This document shows positions 34,650 through 49,230 of a stretch of 64,000 nt of DNA, one piece after another. The notes under the pieces are model-generated. The model saw only the letters and a list, made by a program, of their open reading frames with translations. It was not told the DNA's origin and searched no databases. Made by a program: the position numbers and the translations under genes. How positions within the stretch are numbered: the stretch's first letter is position 1; every line of letters begins with the position of its first letter. The DNA comes from Gnetum montanum (Eukaryota; Plantae; Gnetophyta), in contig MNCI01003467.1 in assembly GCA_015680685.1 (NCBI GenBank), forward strand, positions 124,001 through 188,000, in the 5' to 3' direction.

Positions 34650-35645
34650 TTTCGTGACCATTGTAGCTAAATGAAATAGGCATAACAATAATGTAGCCAA
34701 AAGCACCAAACATAGCTAGGTCATCAATAACTAAGGCTTGGTCCTAAGAAGGGGAGGGCAACCATCATCAACATTGGTAGCAACTTTATCACCCAAGCCC
34801 TACAGATAATAAAGGCCTACAAACAATGCCTCTTGGTTTCTCTACCTTCCTTTTGGAAATGAGTTTTCTTTTCTCCCATGACTGCAAGAATTATCCATGA
34901 CATGTAATGTAAGATGCAATGAAAAATGAAAAAAATGCTACTTTAAATGCTTTCCTTAAATCTAGGATCCTTATTAGGTGTTAAGGATATATTTTCTTTT
35001 TACAACAATTGTCACATCAAGTTTCCAATCATATTTTCCCATTTGGTTCCTTCAAATTCAAAATGTTACAGATTGAGACATAATTTCCTTTGGAAATCTC
35101 TGAAAGAAGAGGCCCTTAAATCATGAGTTTCATAACAACTTGCCTCCAAGTCCTTTGTTGAACACCAATAGCCTTTTTCATTGACATCCATGGTTGACTA
35201 GAAATCATGACAAAAATTTATATTTTACATAATGGTACAAAACCATATATACATAGAACCATATCTTTCAGCATGTTCATGAAAGACATAAATAAGTCTG
35301 ATGTAATATACTCTAAAATATCCTCATTTCCTTGTATATTAACCTAAGTTTTAAAGGTTCCATTATAACTATCAACAATTACCACTATTTTTTCCCAAAA
35401 CATTGCAAGGTATCTTAGTTCACTATTAGTTAACATGCTAAGATCATGAAATGCACTAGACCTAATAGGATTACATAAGAAACATTTATCATGTACATAA
35501 AAGCCTAAGGAAAAAGTAGTAGTTCTAAGAAATTCAAACCTAACACTGATGAAAGAGCCCATTATCACATGAATAAATAAAAGGATCAACCCTATTCTAT
35601 GTCTATACAAGATCAAATCATGAAGCGTGGAGTGTCTGCCTAGCT
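34650..35645 (-). pseudogene. Divergent remnant of the antisense spliced gene in element D
   Basis: Acceptor TTTTCATATAG at ~35645, then DKCFLC...IVVIVDSY...ITSDLF, resembling TQCWLC / ISLVDSF...IIYDLF of exon 4. Same position (after PR) and same orientation as in B and C. Confidence 0.45.
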
Positions 35646-38600
35646 ATATGAAAAAGGGGACAAATTAAAATGATCCAATGACATTCTTGATTTGTCTTTC
35701 AAGTAGCAACTAAAAATTTTCCTTTCAAGTTTTGTGATTTACATGGTAATGCAATGGAAGCATATGTTATTATACAAAAATGAAAAACAATTATGCAAGG
35801 GCTATGCAAGTCCTACAGGGGCCACACAGGCCTATATAGGGCCACATTGGCCCTTAGATTCACACACTATGATGCCCCCTCATAAGCTACCTTTGTCCTC
35901 TATTACATCACTTGTTGCTTTTTGTCCACCACTACTGCCCCATCCTCATCACCTTTGCATAGCCATTACCAATCCACATCTCTCTATTGACTAAACACTA
36001 TGCTATAGAAAATAAGAAAATAAAATAAAAAAAGTTTTTGTAGGACCATATCCTTCCTAAGGCTATGGTAGCTAGTGAGGGCCATGCTACCCCTTTGTGA
36101 GGTTGTAAAGCCCCATATGGGATCACACTCCTACCCATTCATCACTACAAATAGTATATCATCATCTCCATGCATGCCATAGCCTTGGATACTAACCTAG
36201 ACAATATTTTTGTTGAATGATCCTTGACATCCTCCATCTAAACTAGAGAGGCTTTTTTCCATCCATCCATGGCCATATGGATGTAGCCTAGAGTTTCACC
36301 TCTATCACCATAGTTGTCGAGATGTCATGCACAATCATGACTATGTCCAACTTCATGAGCAAGATCCTAAGGCTATTGGTGCCACAGCCAATGATGTGCT
36401 ACTTTCTACCACTTAGTTGTATAGATTTGTCCTCATGCACACCATTCCATGCTACTACTGTTAGTTGCCTACTCTCACAAGTGCACCACATCACACTTGC
36501 ATGAACCATAGCACTTTCCTTCTTTGTGTCATCCTCTAGAAATCTTTTCGCCTCCTCCTACCAGTCCTTGCCAACACTATTACTCTCCTTCACATCTTGC
36601 CTCTACCATTGAACTTATATAAAACTAGAAAAAACATAACCTTACCCCCTTCATCCATGCTAGATCCATGTTTTCTATTGTAGAGGATCCTAGGTGGTTA
36701 GCTTTTGAGCCCTGTAGACACTGGACTTCATAGTGCTAGTGGTCTTAGTTCTCCATACATGAGCATAGCTTCACTATAGCCCTTGACCACTCCCACTACC
36801 CTGCATTAAGTAAGCTAACTAATATTACTACCTTGGCACTACCACTGATCTTGTTTGTAGGTTGTGTAGGCCATACAAGGGTTATGTAGGCTTGTATAGG
36901 CTGCATAACCTTTCACATGACCACGTTATACCTTAGGGATGCCCACCAGGATACCTCCTTCTTAGTCTTGCCTCTACTCACACATGCACTCTTGCTCTAC
37001 CACTAAAACCAAGAAGGTACCATAGCACTAGTGTGCACTTGAGAATCTCTGCCATTGTGTAGCTAAAAAACCCCTACCTACTACCACACATTATGTTATG
37101 CTCTCCTTTCCCCCATGCCCCCCCTCCCCAAGTCCATCCACACTAAGATCATGTTATAGCATGCTTCAACAAGGGATGACTAAAAGTATCAAAAACCTTA
37201 CTCCCCCCTCATCGACATTGTTCACCATGTATCTAGCATGGATGCCATGATCCAGCACCACGTCTTAGGGTTCTTGATCATGTTGCTTCACCTTTGACAC
37301 CATCATCACCAAATAAAATCATTGGCATTGCACATAATTTCTTAGACTCCATTCCTTACCCTCATCATGTTCTTGCCAATGTCCATGCATCTAAATTTGC
37401 TTCCATACTTTCCTCCATGGCCACACATTGAGCCTTGCCTATACCACATATTTCCTCCCTTTGTGGTGCACTATGGCAAGCTTGATAGTGCTAGTCTTGG
37501 ATAGGTAGCACCAACATTCCCCCCCCCCCCCCCACCTCCATCCATGCTAGGGATACACTATCCAGCATGGCTCCAACATAGATAAATCCTAAAGAACCCT
37601 CACACTCCCTCATCCAAACTAGTCAACATGGATGCCATTAGTTGAACACCACTGTCCTGAATAGGCTAGCCTGGGCCATGCAAGCCAATGAACTGGGTCA
37701 TTGTGCTACAACTTGTAGCATAGTCATGGGCCATGGAATCACTAATGTAGGCCATCATGGTTGTGGCCACTACTCTCTGTGCCACCTTGGCCCTTTGAAC
37801 CATCCTTCTATGACATTGCTAGTGCTACCTTTCATCACATAAGATTCTTGCACCTCTACAAATCTACCATCTTTCTATCACTACTATAACGTGTGGCTCA
37901 CTATGGAGAACTGCACAAGCCCAAAAATGAGTTGCATTGGACCTATAGAGGACTACGCTCTAGTCCTAAAATGGACCACACAACTTGAACATATGGCCAT
38001 GCTACAAAAACCCTCCATCATGCTATGGTCCTATAGCCAACCTCTCCCTCTATGTCCTATATTTCCTTGTCAACTGTCATCTTCTTGGAGATGGTGCCTA
38101 TGCTGAGTTTTAATAATCCACTCAACACTACCATGCTAGAGTGTTGTGGACTCTAGCTGCACACCATCAACACCAATGCTTCTTATGTGGTGAATAATTG
38201 GTGGGATCCATTTGGGTTCTTGGTTGACAAGCTTGAGATGGTGATGGAGCATTGTGTAGATGTGCTATGCACACTAATGACATTAGAACTATTAACATGC
38301 TTAGTGCATGCTACCACACTAATTCTGTGTGGGCCTAGACTATAGTGGCAAATCCCACCATTTCCATTGATCTATTATAGTTCTTGTTACTTACTTACTT
38401 TGTTTTATTATTTTAGTGGTAAAAGTATTACCTTGGTATTGGAAATTTTGAAACTGCTACTATTACAGCTTACCATGCTAGAACAAAGAGTGGTTAATAT
38501 GGTAGTATGGTTGTTTGCTTGCAAGTCTTCTCTCTTATAATTATAATGGAATAACTACCTATGTTGTTATAAAGTTACAATTGACCATGGTGGTCATGAA

Positions 38601-40499
38601 ACCATGGCTTGGTTTGGCCAGAGCAACATTTGTGTTTGTGAAAATAAAAATTAAAAAAATAGATAATAAAAGAAAAAAATCTATTAAATAAATATTAAAT
38701 TCAATACTAATTTACTTTGTTCTACCTAGGTCAACATATTTTACTCTATCTTGAACTTTATTTTACTATGATGTGACCCTCTTTTACTTTACCAAATTAT
38801 ACCTCATCTTTACCATGTTACAACTAAATTTCACCTTGTCTCATCTTATGTTTACCTTATAATGGCCTTTCTAGTGAAATAGGCCCTAACCATGGCTTTC
38901 TAAGGCCTAACAATGACAAAAATCTAACCTATTTTGGCATGTACTTACTTTTTTTTATAATATATATTCTAGTTTGCTTGATTTAGCCTAGTTTCATGAC
39001 CTACCTTGACCTTGTTATCGCAATTGTTGATCCCATTTAGTTTCTACATCACTTTGTTTTCATCACATATGTCTTTATTCTTTATTATGGCCTCTATTAA
39101 TCTTTATTTAGCCTCCTATTGGTTTCCAATGATGGGGTATAACCATATTTGACCATCATTTGAAACCATTTAGCAATGGTTCACTAAGGCCTTAAACTAG
39201 CAATTCCATCATCCACTAAGGTCTAAAACTAGCAAAATTGTAATCATGTTCAACCATGTTTGACCTTTCATTACCTTGTATTGCCTTATAGCCTTTTTTG
39301 ACATTACTTGGATACTTGTATGGCCTTTGTTTCAACATTTTGTCTCATTTATGCATTATTACCATAGTATTTTGCATTATTGTTAGCATTATTTTATTAG
39401 TTTTAACATTTTTTATCATTTTGTTACATAAGTATAACTTGATGTGCTTATGTTGTCATGCAAGATGAAGCTAGGAGAATAAGGAAGTAAACTTGAATAC
39501 TCTTAAAGCTTAAATAGACCCCTCTTGTGATGTTAACCAAGTTGATGTTATGTACCCCAAGCCTTAAGCCTAAAACCATTCCACTATACAACCATAACAT
39601 CCTAAATAGCCCAATGACCATTGACCTTAAAGCCAGAAACATGATGGAGGGTCACCTAATCAAAGTCCCCATCTAAGACCATGATGGTGAGGAGAAAACA
39701 CATGAAACCAAGTCCCTCACTAGAACTTAAGCCTGCTCATGACCTCATCACATCCTTACTATGCAACATTAAAGCCATCACATAGCCTTGACTATGTCTA
39801 ACACTAACATGTTTTCTTATAGTGTTACTTATCATTGTTGATAGGTTAAAACAAATGACTAATGTTGATAACTTTGATGCTCTACAACAAGTGATCCTAC
39901 ATGCTCACACTCTCTCTCCTTGTTTGGCATAATGAATGAGCTACAAAACTTTGTGAATCTTATGCACATCATACAAATTTCCCTATGCTATAATGATGTT
40001 GATCTCTTGTGGCCTAGTTTGCTAGTTATCTCATGTAGCCCTATACATCATATTGTAACAACATGCTTTCTTTGGTTGGTTTTATTGTCCTCTTGTAGTT
40101 GCACTTACAAGATGAAGCCTAGATTTATTGCAAAGATGCAACTCATCATAGTAGCAAATCATCATGTGACTTCAATGTGCAAGATTTGGTGAGCTTGTGC
40201 TACTATGTTGAGAGTGCTTATGTCATTTCCATTCCATTACCTCTCCTTGAACCCAATCCCATAAACTAATTATAGCCTTCCTTACCCTTGAGTAACAATG
40301 ATGACTAGTGTCTAACATTTAGGCATTGTGGCCATGTGACATCTCCTTTGTCATGCTCCACCATTCAGTTAGCCAAATGTAACACATCTCATTCAGCAAG
40401 AAAATGAAATCAAACTAGCCTTGGCAAAGTAATCCAATGAAGGCTTCATCCAGGAAAAAAAGGCAATGGGGAAGCAAATTGTCAAGAATCTGGAATGGC

Positions 40500-40872
40500 C
40501 TATGAGGACCAAAAGTCCAAATCAATAGTTTCAACAAAATTTGAACCTCCACCAAAGTGAACCCCTTGTTGTTCCAAGCACATTTTGTACACATTTCTTA
40601 ACCATTCTTTATTTCTTTTAAAATAAAGTTTATAGTTTTATTTATGTGCAAGTTTATTCATTTATTTCATTTCAACATAATTTCTCTCCCAAATATGTAT
40701 TTTGCATTTTATATTTGTCACCCCTGTTTTTACATTTTCTAAGTCCCTAGGTGATCTACCAAACTATCCAAGGTACCTTAGATCCTAGTTTTCAAAGGCC
40801 CTTGGGATCCAAGTTAAAGTTGTTTCACTAGAATTTTGAATTTTCTAGCAATTGAATTTTTTAGTCGCAACA
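40500..40872 (+). repeat. 3' part of a degenerate Tat LTR, probably the end of element D (left boundary uncertain)
   Basis: TAAGTCCCTAGGTGATCTACCAAACTATCCAAGGTACC...TTTCTAGC...TCGCAACA resembles the other LTR ends. Confidence 0.55.
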
Positions 40873-43038
40873 ATTAACACAAGTATAAAAATGAATATGT
40901 TGAAAAGTAAAATAAATTACATATTCATAAATTCAAGAAGATGATTATAATGTCATCTATTTTACCTCAATCAAACTTCTAGAGGTAAAGTTATTCTTAT
41001 TTTACTTTTATGAGATAAATAAAAGAAAATGATATTGAAATAATAATATATAATAAAATAATATATTTTCTCCAAATGTATAGCACATTTTTAAATTAAA
41101 AATAATCTTTGAGACATTCAAATAAGATGATATTGATCAAAATTTAATAAATATTCTACTTTATTATTTAGTCATAAAAATAAATACATGGCTTGCATTT
41201 TGAAAATTTATATAAGTTTTCTATTTTTACAAAAATACAAAACATAAAATAATTATTTTTCCAGTTTATAGGATCCATCATATACAAAACTAAGCCACAT
41301 ATAACCCTATGTTTCTCTTCTAGTATTTTCTTGACTACTCTAAGATCTCTACAATAAAACGTAGGAGTTAGAAACTCCCAAATGAGAAAGACTATTTTAT
41401 TTTCCTATTTGTGAAGTATATATGGTTTACGCCAAAATTCTTAGAATATAGCTCATACAAATTTTTTCAATTACATATTAAATAATATTCCAATTTCCAA
41501 AATTTCCAAAAAAATTTAACAAATTCAAATACTATATATTTAATTCTGGAATCTTCAAAGGACAATTCTAGATTAGCATCACTACCTAAAATGTACTTAC
41601 AGGTCTTGGAATGATCTTCTTTCTAACTTTGGACTATCCTAGTGACCTAAGTGAGTTCTTAATAACATTCTCAATGAGCATGGCACATACCTTAGATGGA
41701 CAAGTCTTACATCATTAGACTTAATTGCTCACTACATGGTCTTGGCTAGTTTCTAATCTACACATAAATTTATGAATCAAAATTCAAGATAAGAAATTAA
41801 TCCCAAATTTTGTTTATGTAGGGTGGAATCCATGAATAGACATTTCACCACTGCATATAAACAAGGGGCATCTCAAAGATGTGTGGTTTCTAGTAACTTA
41901 GCAAACTTGATAAAAATATATATTATTATATCTTATTTCCTTTAATATTCCTAATTCTAAAGGTTTTCAAAATAGGAAAAAATTCCACCAAAATCATTAA
42001 TTTCTACAAAATTAATACAAAATCCTATACCATAGCAAAGCCTGATTCAAAATAATCTTAAAATATCCAAGTAAGTTGGGAAAAGTTCCCACATACTCTA
42101 GAAATTTATCCAAAAAAACTAAAAAGGCTTTGGATAAAATTAAAATACAAATTCTCAAATTGATCAAGCCTAAAATAACTAAAATTCAATTAATTATCAA
42201 CATAATAATTAAAATAATAAAAGAATAATGAAGAACTATATGTTAGAGAGAGAATACAAAATCCACAACAAAGTATGACAAGCACATAAAAAGGAAAATA
42301 AAATAAACCTTTTTACAAAGTTGTTAAGGCCTTTTAAATCTTCTTATTAACTTTCCTTCCCATCCAATACATCTATAATATACTTTCACTTTAACTTAAA
42401 CTGATGCATTAGAAACCTTCATTGATTGAAAATGGAACATAATAATAGAACAAGGATCTATTTATAAGTAGAAGGATCACATGTAGCATGAGATATGGTC
42501 TAGATATGCATATACAAAAGGCAAAAATTCAAAGTAAAATAAGGTAGAAATTTATATAAAAGCTTTAACATGAAAGAAAAAAGTCTTGAAATGCCTTTTA
42601 TTTTAATAGAAAAATGGTATATACAATAAGGAACATAGTGGATGATACAATGATAGTAAAGGAAAATTGACTAATTAATGTATGTTTTATATATAAGCTC
42701 TATACATATACCTTCAAATTTTATTTTTACCCATATTACATGCATGAGGCTTTTTTATATCAAGTTAACCTTTATATTATTTTTTAAAGTATTTTTAAAT
42801 GTCTATTTCCTATTTTTCCTTCCAACTAATACCACTAAGGTTCAAATAATCATAATAGACATACTAGAACTCTAAATCAAATTATGTTTAAACCTAAAAG
42901 ATCTATATCAAACATACTATGTCTATATATTGAAATCATATCCAAACACCAGTTAATATAACTCTATAGTTAAAATTTCAAAACTCATGTTTGATTTGTA
43001 GCAAACTAAAAATTCAATATCTCAAGTATCATAGCTTT

Positions 43039-43972
43039 TGATGAGTCATCATTGGTTGGTTGTGTTGATGAGGCCTTGTTGATGTAGTTGACTATGTTGA
43101 TGAGCCCTTGTCCACAAGGCCCTGTCAATGCATTTCAACCTGCATCAACCATGCCTCATTGATGCAATGTCTGCCTGTCAGCTATATATACAAACGTACC
43201 AACCACATTTATGGGGGAGTTAAGATTTTAATTGTAGCAGAGCTCTTGCATTTTTTCTATTGAAAAGTTAGAATGTTTTTCCCTGAGTGCCTGTAGTAGG
43301 AGTCATTGAGTGTATGGATCTTTATTTGAGCATTGTTGTACCTAAGCACAACAGTGTGTGAAACATTAAAGACAAGCTTTCTAATAAACCTTGCAACACT
43401 TTGGATAGAGTAGCTCTTTTATTTATGCATTCAATATTTTTAATTATTTGTTAATTATTCTTAATTATTTTGAAATTATTTTCTAGCAAATGAGTTAATG
43501 AGATTATTAAGCTAGATAGATTAAATACATAAGTATGACCACTTTGAGTGTAACACATATTCACTTAGTAATCCCTACAACGTTATTACTTGGTATGCCT
43601 AGTAGTGTAGCTTTTGGTCACCTAGCAATGGATATATGGGTTCAAGACATGTATGAAAAGTGAGAATGGATACTTATGTTAGGATTAGTTAATTAGAAAT
43701 TTAGATTAATTAATTAAACTCCTTTTTATCTACATTTCAAGCACCTGCAATATAAAATAAAAAATGATAAAAATCAGATGCCTCAGTTACACTTAACCAT
43801 ACCAACATGCAGCACAAGTGTAATTAGGAGGACAAAAATTGACCTTAAGGCTAGATTCACTTCCTAAAGGCTAGTGTACTAGAAATAATAAAGTTTGCAG
43901 AATTCGACTGAGTAGTATGTGAATGCTTTGTGATTTGTATGGCTAGGAGTAGGGGTACCTCACTGCTCATAA
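43039..43972 (+). repeat. 5' LTR of element E
   Basis: Starts TGATGAGTCATCATTGG; direct repeat of 54211-55156. Confidence 0.92.
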
Positions 43973-43973
43973 T

Positions 43974-43991
43974 TGGCACCATTACCAGGGA
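43974..43991 (+). other. PBS, tRNA-Asp type (Athila)
   Basis: TGGCACCATTACCAGGGA = TGGCGCCGTTGCCGGGGA with G>A decay. Confidence 0.85.
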
Positions 43992-44127
43992 CATTGTTTG
44001 TGGAACATACGCTATTTATGTCTAAGTGAATATCACTAATATCATTGTATGAACCTAAGGTCCATATCATTCCCACTATACATAAAAAATATAAAAGCAC
44101 ACTAACAATTTCATTTTATTTTACAAC

Positions 44128-47100
44128 ATGTCTTCTTCTTCTCATACACATGATGATACTAAACCACCAATCCCATAGGAATGCAAGGTGGCATACACTC
44201 ATCTAGATAAGTTTGTATAAAATTTCACCTTCATCCTACATCAGAATGAATAGATGTGATGGCATGATATGGAGGGTAATGTTATTTTGCTCCCTGATAG
44301 GTCTGTGCCTGGAATGCTAATTAAAACCCTTAATAAGTTGGACATAGTGGATCTTCATGAAGAGCACGTTGTGGATGGATATGACACTCGGAATTATCAT
44401 CCCACTAAAACACAATGTAAGCGAGACAAATGTCAAGAGAGACTCCATGAAGCAACAAAGGGGAAGCATTACACCAGCCCCTTGTTCCTAGTAGATCAAG
44501 AGGACAATGAGAACTCTCTCTTGGAAGGTTCTTAACATGAAGATTCTTCACCCCCTGCTAACAATGGTGAGGATGTGAACTTGGCCCTGTGATCAACTAT
44601 TCATAAATCAAGTTCATGGAAGAGTGATAGCCAAGGTAGGAACTTGGGTGAACATTGCAGTAACAAGGGATCTAATTAGGGAGATCATAAAAATTGTAAG
44701 AATAGTGGTAGACACTATAGTAATGGTGGTAGTCCACCTTCCTCTTCATCCTCTTCATCTAATTTGAAACATGCCTCTTCATCTGATGGTTCTCATAGAA
44801 CCTACTATTGAAACAACCATGATGAAGGTGATTGATGAAATAATAACGATCATGGATGCCAAAAAAACTAAAGGGGTGGCCGAAATCATCATCAATGTCA
44901 TCAACGTAGTGATGATGATGAACCTTTACTAGTGACTTAAAGTATTCTTAACATTGTAGAGGCAATAAGAATTCCAACTAAGCATATAAAGGATAGTCAG
45001 AACAAGTGCCTAGATATGAACAATATCCCAAGATTTGAGGGGGGATATAACTCTGATTTGCAGACACATTTGCAACCTTTTTAAGTTGTTTGTGCCTTAA
45101 AAAACATTGAGAATGAGTGGCTAAAACTGAAGCTTTTCCAAGGAAACTCATTAAGGAAGTTGAAAGTTGGTACCAGTCCTTAGAGCTGGAATCTATCCAA
45201 AGATGGAGTACCCTGTTAGAAATATTCAATGATAAATATCAAATGTACTCTAGAGTGTCTAACCTAAGAAGGCAAATGCAAGGTTGGAAGTAAGGAGCAC
45301 ATGAACCCTTGGATGTCGCCATGGGCTAATACTATTCACTCTTACATAAATGCCCTGGCCATGGTTACTCTTAGAGGGAACAACTTCACCACATCATAGA
45401 TGGGCTTAGGGTAGAAATAAGAAGAACCCTTGGAGTGTATGCCTAAGGGAGGTTGTTTTAAATGAGATCTCATCAAGTCCAAAGGCTAATTGAGTAGGTT
45501 GCAAAAGAAGAAGGTGAGCTATGAAAAAGGGAGAGTGCTAAAAAGTATAATAGGGACCCATCCATCAAAAACTTAGAGGTTTGATTTTGTGACAAGGAGG
45601 ACTCACCACTTGATAAAGTGATGAGCAGAAGGCCTTTCCTATTCTAAAAATCTATTTCTAACATTTCAGCCAAGGTTGACAAATTATGGGAATCTTTGGA
45701 TAAAAAGTTCCAAACCACTTTGAAGATTGCTGAAGAATCCAAAGAGCAAAGTAGTAATCATAATCATAGACAACAAAAAGAAGCTAAACATGCCTACCAA
45801 AGAGGTAAGGGCAAATTTTTTGTAGTAGAGAAAGTTGTGGAGTTTGATTCTAGTGATGAAATTGAATGTGATAGCTATCAATATGAACATCTAAAGGGAT
45901 GTTTCCCTATGGTGTCACACTTACAAGAATCTAGAGTGTATGCATTGAACCCCTACCTAGCATGTAGGTAAGCTCCAAGATGATTGCCTTACACTCAAGG
46001 TAGTTCAAGAAAATTCCACAAGCAACAACAAGCTTACTACCCAAGTGAAACTCCTCCACAACCTTATCAATAATACCAATAGTGGTACCAACCACAATTA
46101 TCGAGAATGCTACCACCAAGGAAGCAATACCCTAATACGCAACCAGATCCATATGGGTACTATGTTCAACAACCCATCTTCCCTAGAAGTTTGGCAAGTC
46201 ATACATCATTCCAGCAGCACTATTACCCATCAAAGTACCACTAGTCACATTCACCATCTACTTAATGGAAAAACCCATATCTATATCCTTATCATCCTCT
46301 ACATTCCTTTGCATCTACACCTCGACCTGGAACTTAGTTACCTCTTGCTCAATCCATGCAGGGTGAAATTCCTTCATAGTTGTAGCAAAAAAATGCTACA
46401 AGGGCTATAACTCATAACTAGTTTTTCAACCAAGTGGTCTAGATAATCGATCAAGGAAAAATGACCCTTATTTTCACCCAATAGTCCTCTCCGGCCCTCA
46501 CAACCTACTCTAGCTAATAACCCTACATCTCTAGTACCCTCATCCTCTACATCAAATACCTTCAACCTCCCTTCAAACCAAGTGCTGCCTAGGATTTTCA
46601 CTATAATGCTAACTCATGTTTTTTTTTTACTGGATTAAGGCTAGCAACCTTTCTACAAAAATATTTTATCTAGGAAGTCCACTCATATTTTTATAGATTG
46701 TTAGACAAGAGCCATCAAGGCTCTTCTTGACTCTAGTTCTGGAGTTAACCTCATCTCCCATGATATGTACAATGCCTGAAACCTACCACCTCTTAAAAAG
46801 AGTAACATCCATTTAGAATTAGTAGATTAATTAATTACACTTCCTTTGGGATTAGTAGAGGACATTGTGTCCATAGTTTGTGGGTGGTCCTATCCTACTA
46901 ATTGTTTGGTAAAATCTAGATGGACAATTGCAAACGTGACTTCCCCATCATCATGGGAAGGGCTTGGTTAAGCATGATTGATGCATGAATGGGTAAAAGG
47001 GATCTATCTCTTGAGATATTTAAGGATAATGAGTTAGAAAAATTAAGAAGAAGCATATTCCATGCATTGCGTACAATGACAATGGGTGTAATTGTGTTCA

Positions 47101-49230
47101 AAAGATTTGGTCAATCAAAAGCACTTACATTAAGGCATGCAATCAGTGTACGCAAGAAGTTAATATTCAATGATGTTTGTATGTAGTAGCCACAAAATAG
47201 GAGGGCACCCAGTGGCTGATAGCTGATTCAAATAGTAGCACAATATGCATGGAGCCAATTGAGAGTTTAACTTATGCTAGGGGATTGAATTTTGCAAAAA
47301 GGGATTGAGGTAGACCCATAAAAGATAAGGGTCATCCAAGTAATAACATGCCAACCAAAAACTATCAAAGATGTTTAGTCATTCCTTGGAAACACTGGTT
47401 ACTACTAGTACTTTATTGAGAATTTCTCTAGGATTGCAAAGCTATTGGTAGATCTTACAAAGAAATATGCACCTTTCATTTGGACCAAGGAATGTGAAAA
47501 TGCATTCCAACAATTACAATTCAAACTCATAGAAACACCAATCCTACAAGCACTAGATTGGTTCAAACCATTCCATATCATTACAAATGCATCTAACTAT
47601 GCTTTGGAAGTTGTGCTCATGCAAATGGATGATAAGAAACATCCATATTATATCCATTGTGTGAGTCAAAGTATTGTGGAGGCATGGTTAAATTACACCA
47701 CCATGGAAAAATAATTAATGGCAGCGATGTATGCACGAGAAAAGTTTAGACATGATGTGTTAGGTTACAAAGTATTTATGCATATAGACCACAATGCAAT
47801 TCACTTCCTTATGAATAAGTTGAAGATGAGCCGTCATGTTATACGGTGGCTTGTGATCTTGTAGGAATTTGATATTACTATGGTAGATCAAAAAGGGACT
47901 AATAATGTGGTTGCTAACCATCTTTCTCACTTAATATGGGATAAAAAAGCGGAGGAGAGCTTGCTCTTTGATCAATTTCCAAATGAACTTCTATTTACTA
48001 GAGTAATAAATGAATAAACACCTAAAAAAGTAGTATGGTATAATGGCATCCTCACATATTTTCTCAATCAAGAAATGCCACAAGACTTGAATTTTAGAAA
48101 AAAGCAATAATTTCTTCATAAGGTCAAATACTTCATGAAAATTAATGTACACCTTTACAAGATGTGTACCAATGGCCTGATCCATTAGTGTGTCCCTGAC
48201 AACGATCAACTATGTGTTCTCCAAGATGCTCATGAAGGGCCTTGCAGAGGCCACTATGCAAGGAAACGCATGATCATAAGAATCTTAATGGCATGATACT
48301 ATTCACCCATAATCTTTAGGAATGCCCACTAGTTTATCAAGTCTTGTGAACATTGTCAATGTGATGAGGGGATGACCGCTCATATGGAAGGTCCTCAATA
48401 GTGGATTCAACCACTATAACCTTTTAACATATGGGGCATTAACTTCATGGGTTCCATCACACCCATGTCTAATAGGAAAGTATATATTATAGTAGCAATT
48501 GACTATTACACAAAATGGGCTAAAGCGGTAGCCGTTATAGATTGCACATCATCCACTACCACCAGATTTATACAACAACATATCATCAATAGGTTTAGGG
48601 TGTTGCATTCACTAATTTCTGATAATGGGACTCATTTCATAGATGCCACATTTACAAAATTAATGCAATTCTTGGGGGTAGAACATAAATTAACAACACC
48701 TTACCACTCCCAAGCCAATGGTCAAGCAGAGGTAACCAACTGGGAGATTACAAAATATTAACATAAACCATTAGCAAATATAGGAAGAATTAGAGTACAA
48801 AACTTAATGATGCTCTCTAGGCTTATCGATCAACTTGGAAACTTCCTATTGGATATTCTCCCTAATCTAAGCTCCATACACTCTCAATAGCTTGTGAACT
48901 AAGCCTTGACCTAAGTTTACCACAAAAGGAAAGATTGATCAATCTAAACATGCTATATCAAAATTGATTAATGGCCCTATCTTTAAATGAGGTGAATATG
49001 GCATTCAGTAAGCAATGCCACAATCTTAAAATTAAGAAAGTAAGGTCCTCTATTAGAACCCAACACATGTACCTCAAAAGGAAAAATTTCAATCATTGTT
49101 GGAGGGACCTTATATAATCAATCAAACCTTTCCCTCTAGAGCCATGATAATTTACAAACCTAACAACCCAAATAAAAAGTAGTGGGTTAATATCCAATAA
49201 ATTAAACCTTTCTCAGAACCAAGACTCGCC
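44128..49230 (+). pseudogene. pol: gag-pol of element E (gag ~45000-45450, PR ~46720-47030, RT thumb/RH ~47290-47930, IN ~48030-49200)
   Basis: ALLDSSSGVNLI...PIIMGRAWL; SFLGNTGYY; WFKPFHIITNASNYAL...NYTTMEK; AIDYYTKWAKA...SLISDNGTHF...PYHSQANGQAE. No YxDD core found. Confidence 0.88.

Noticed and set aside
35700-40500. Possible coding or exonic content in the distal part of element D
   Set aside because: No recognisable domain or consistent frame by eye; too decayed to support a call.
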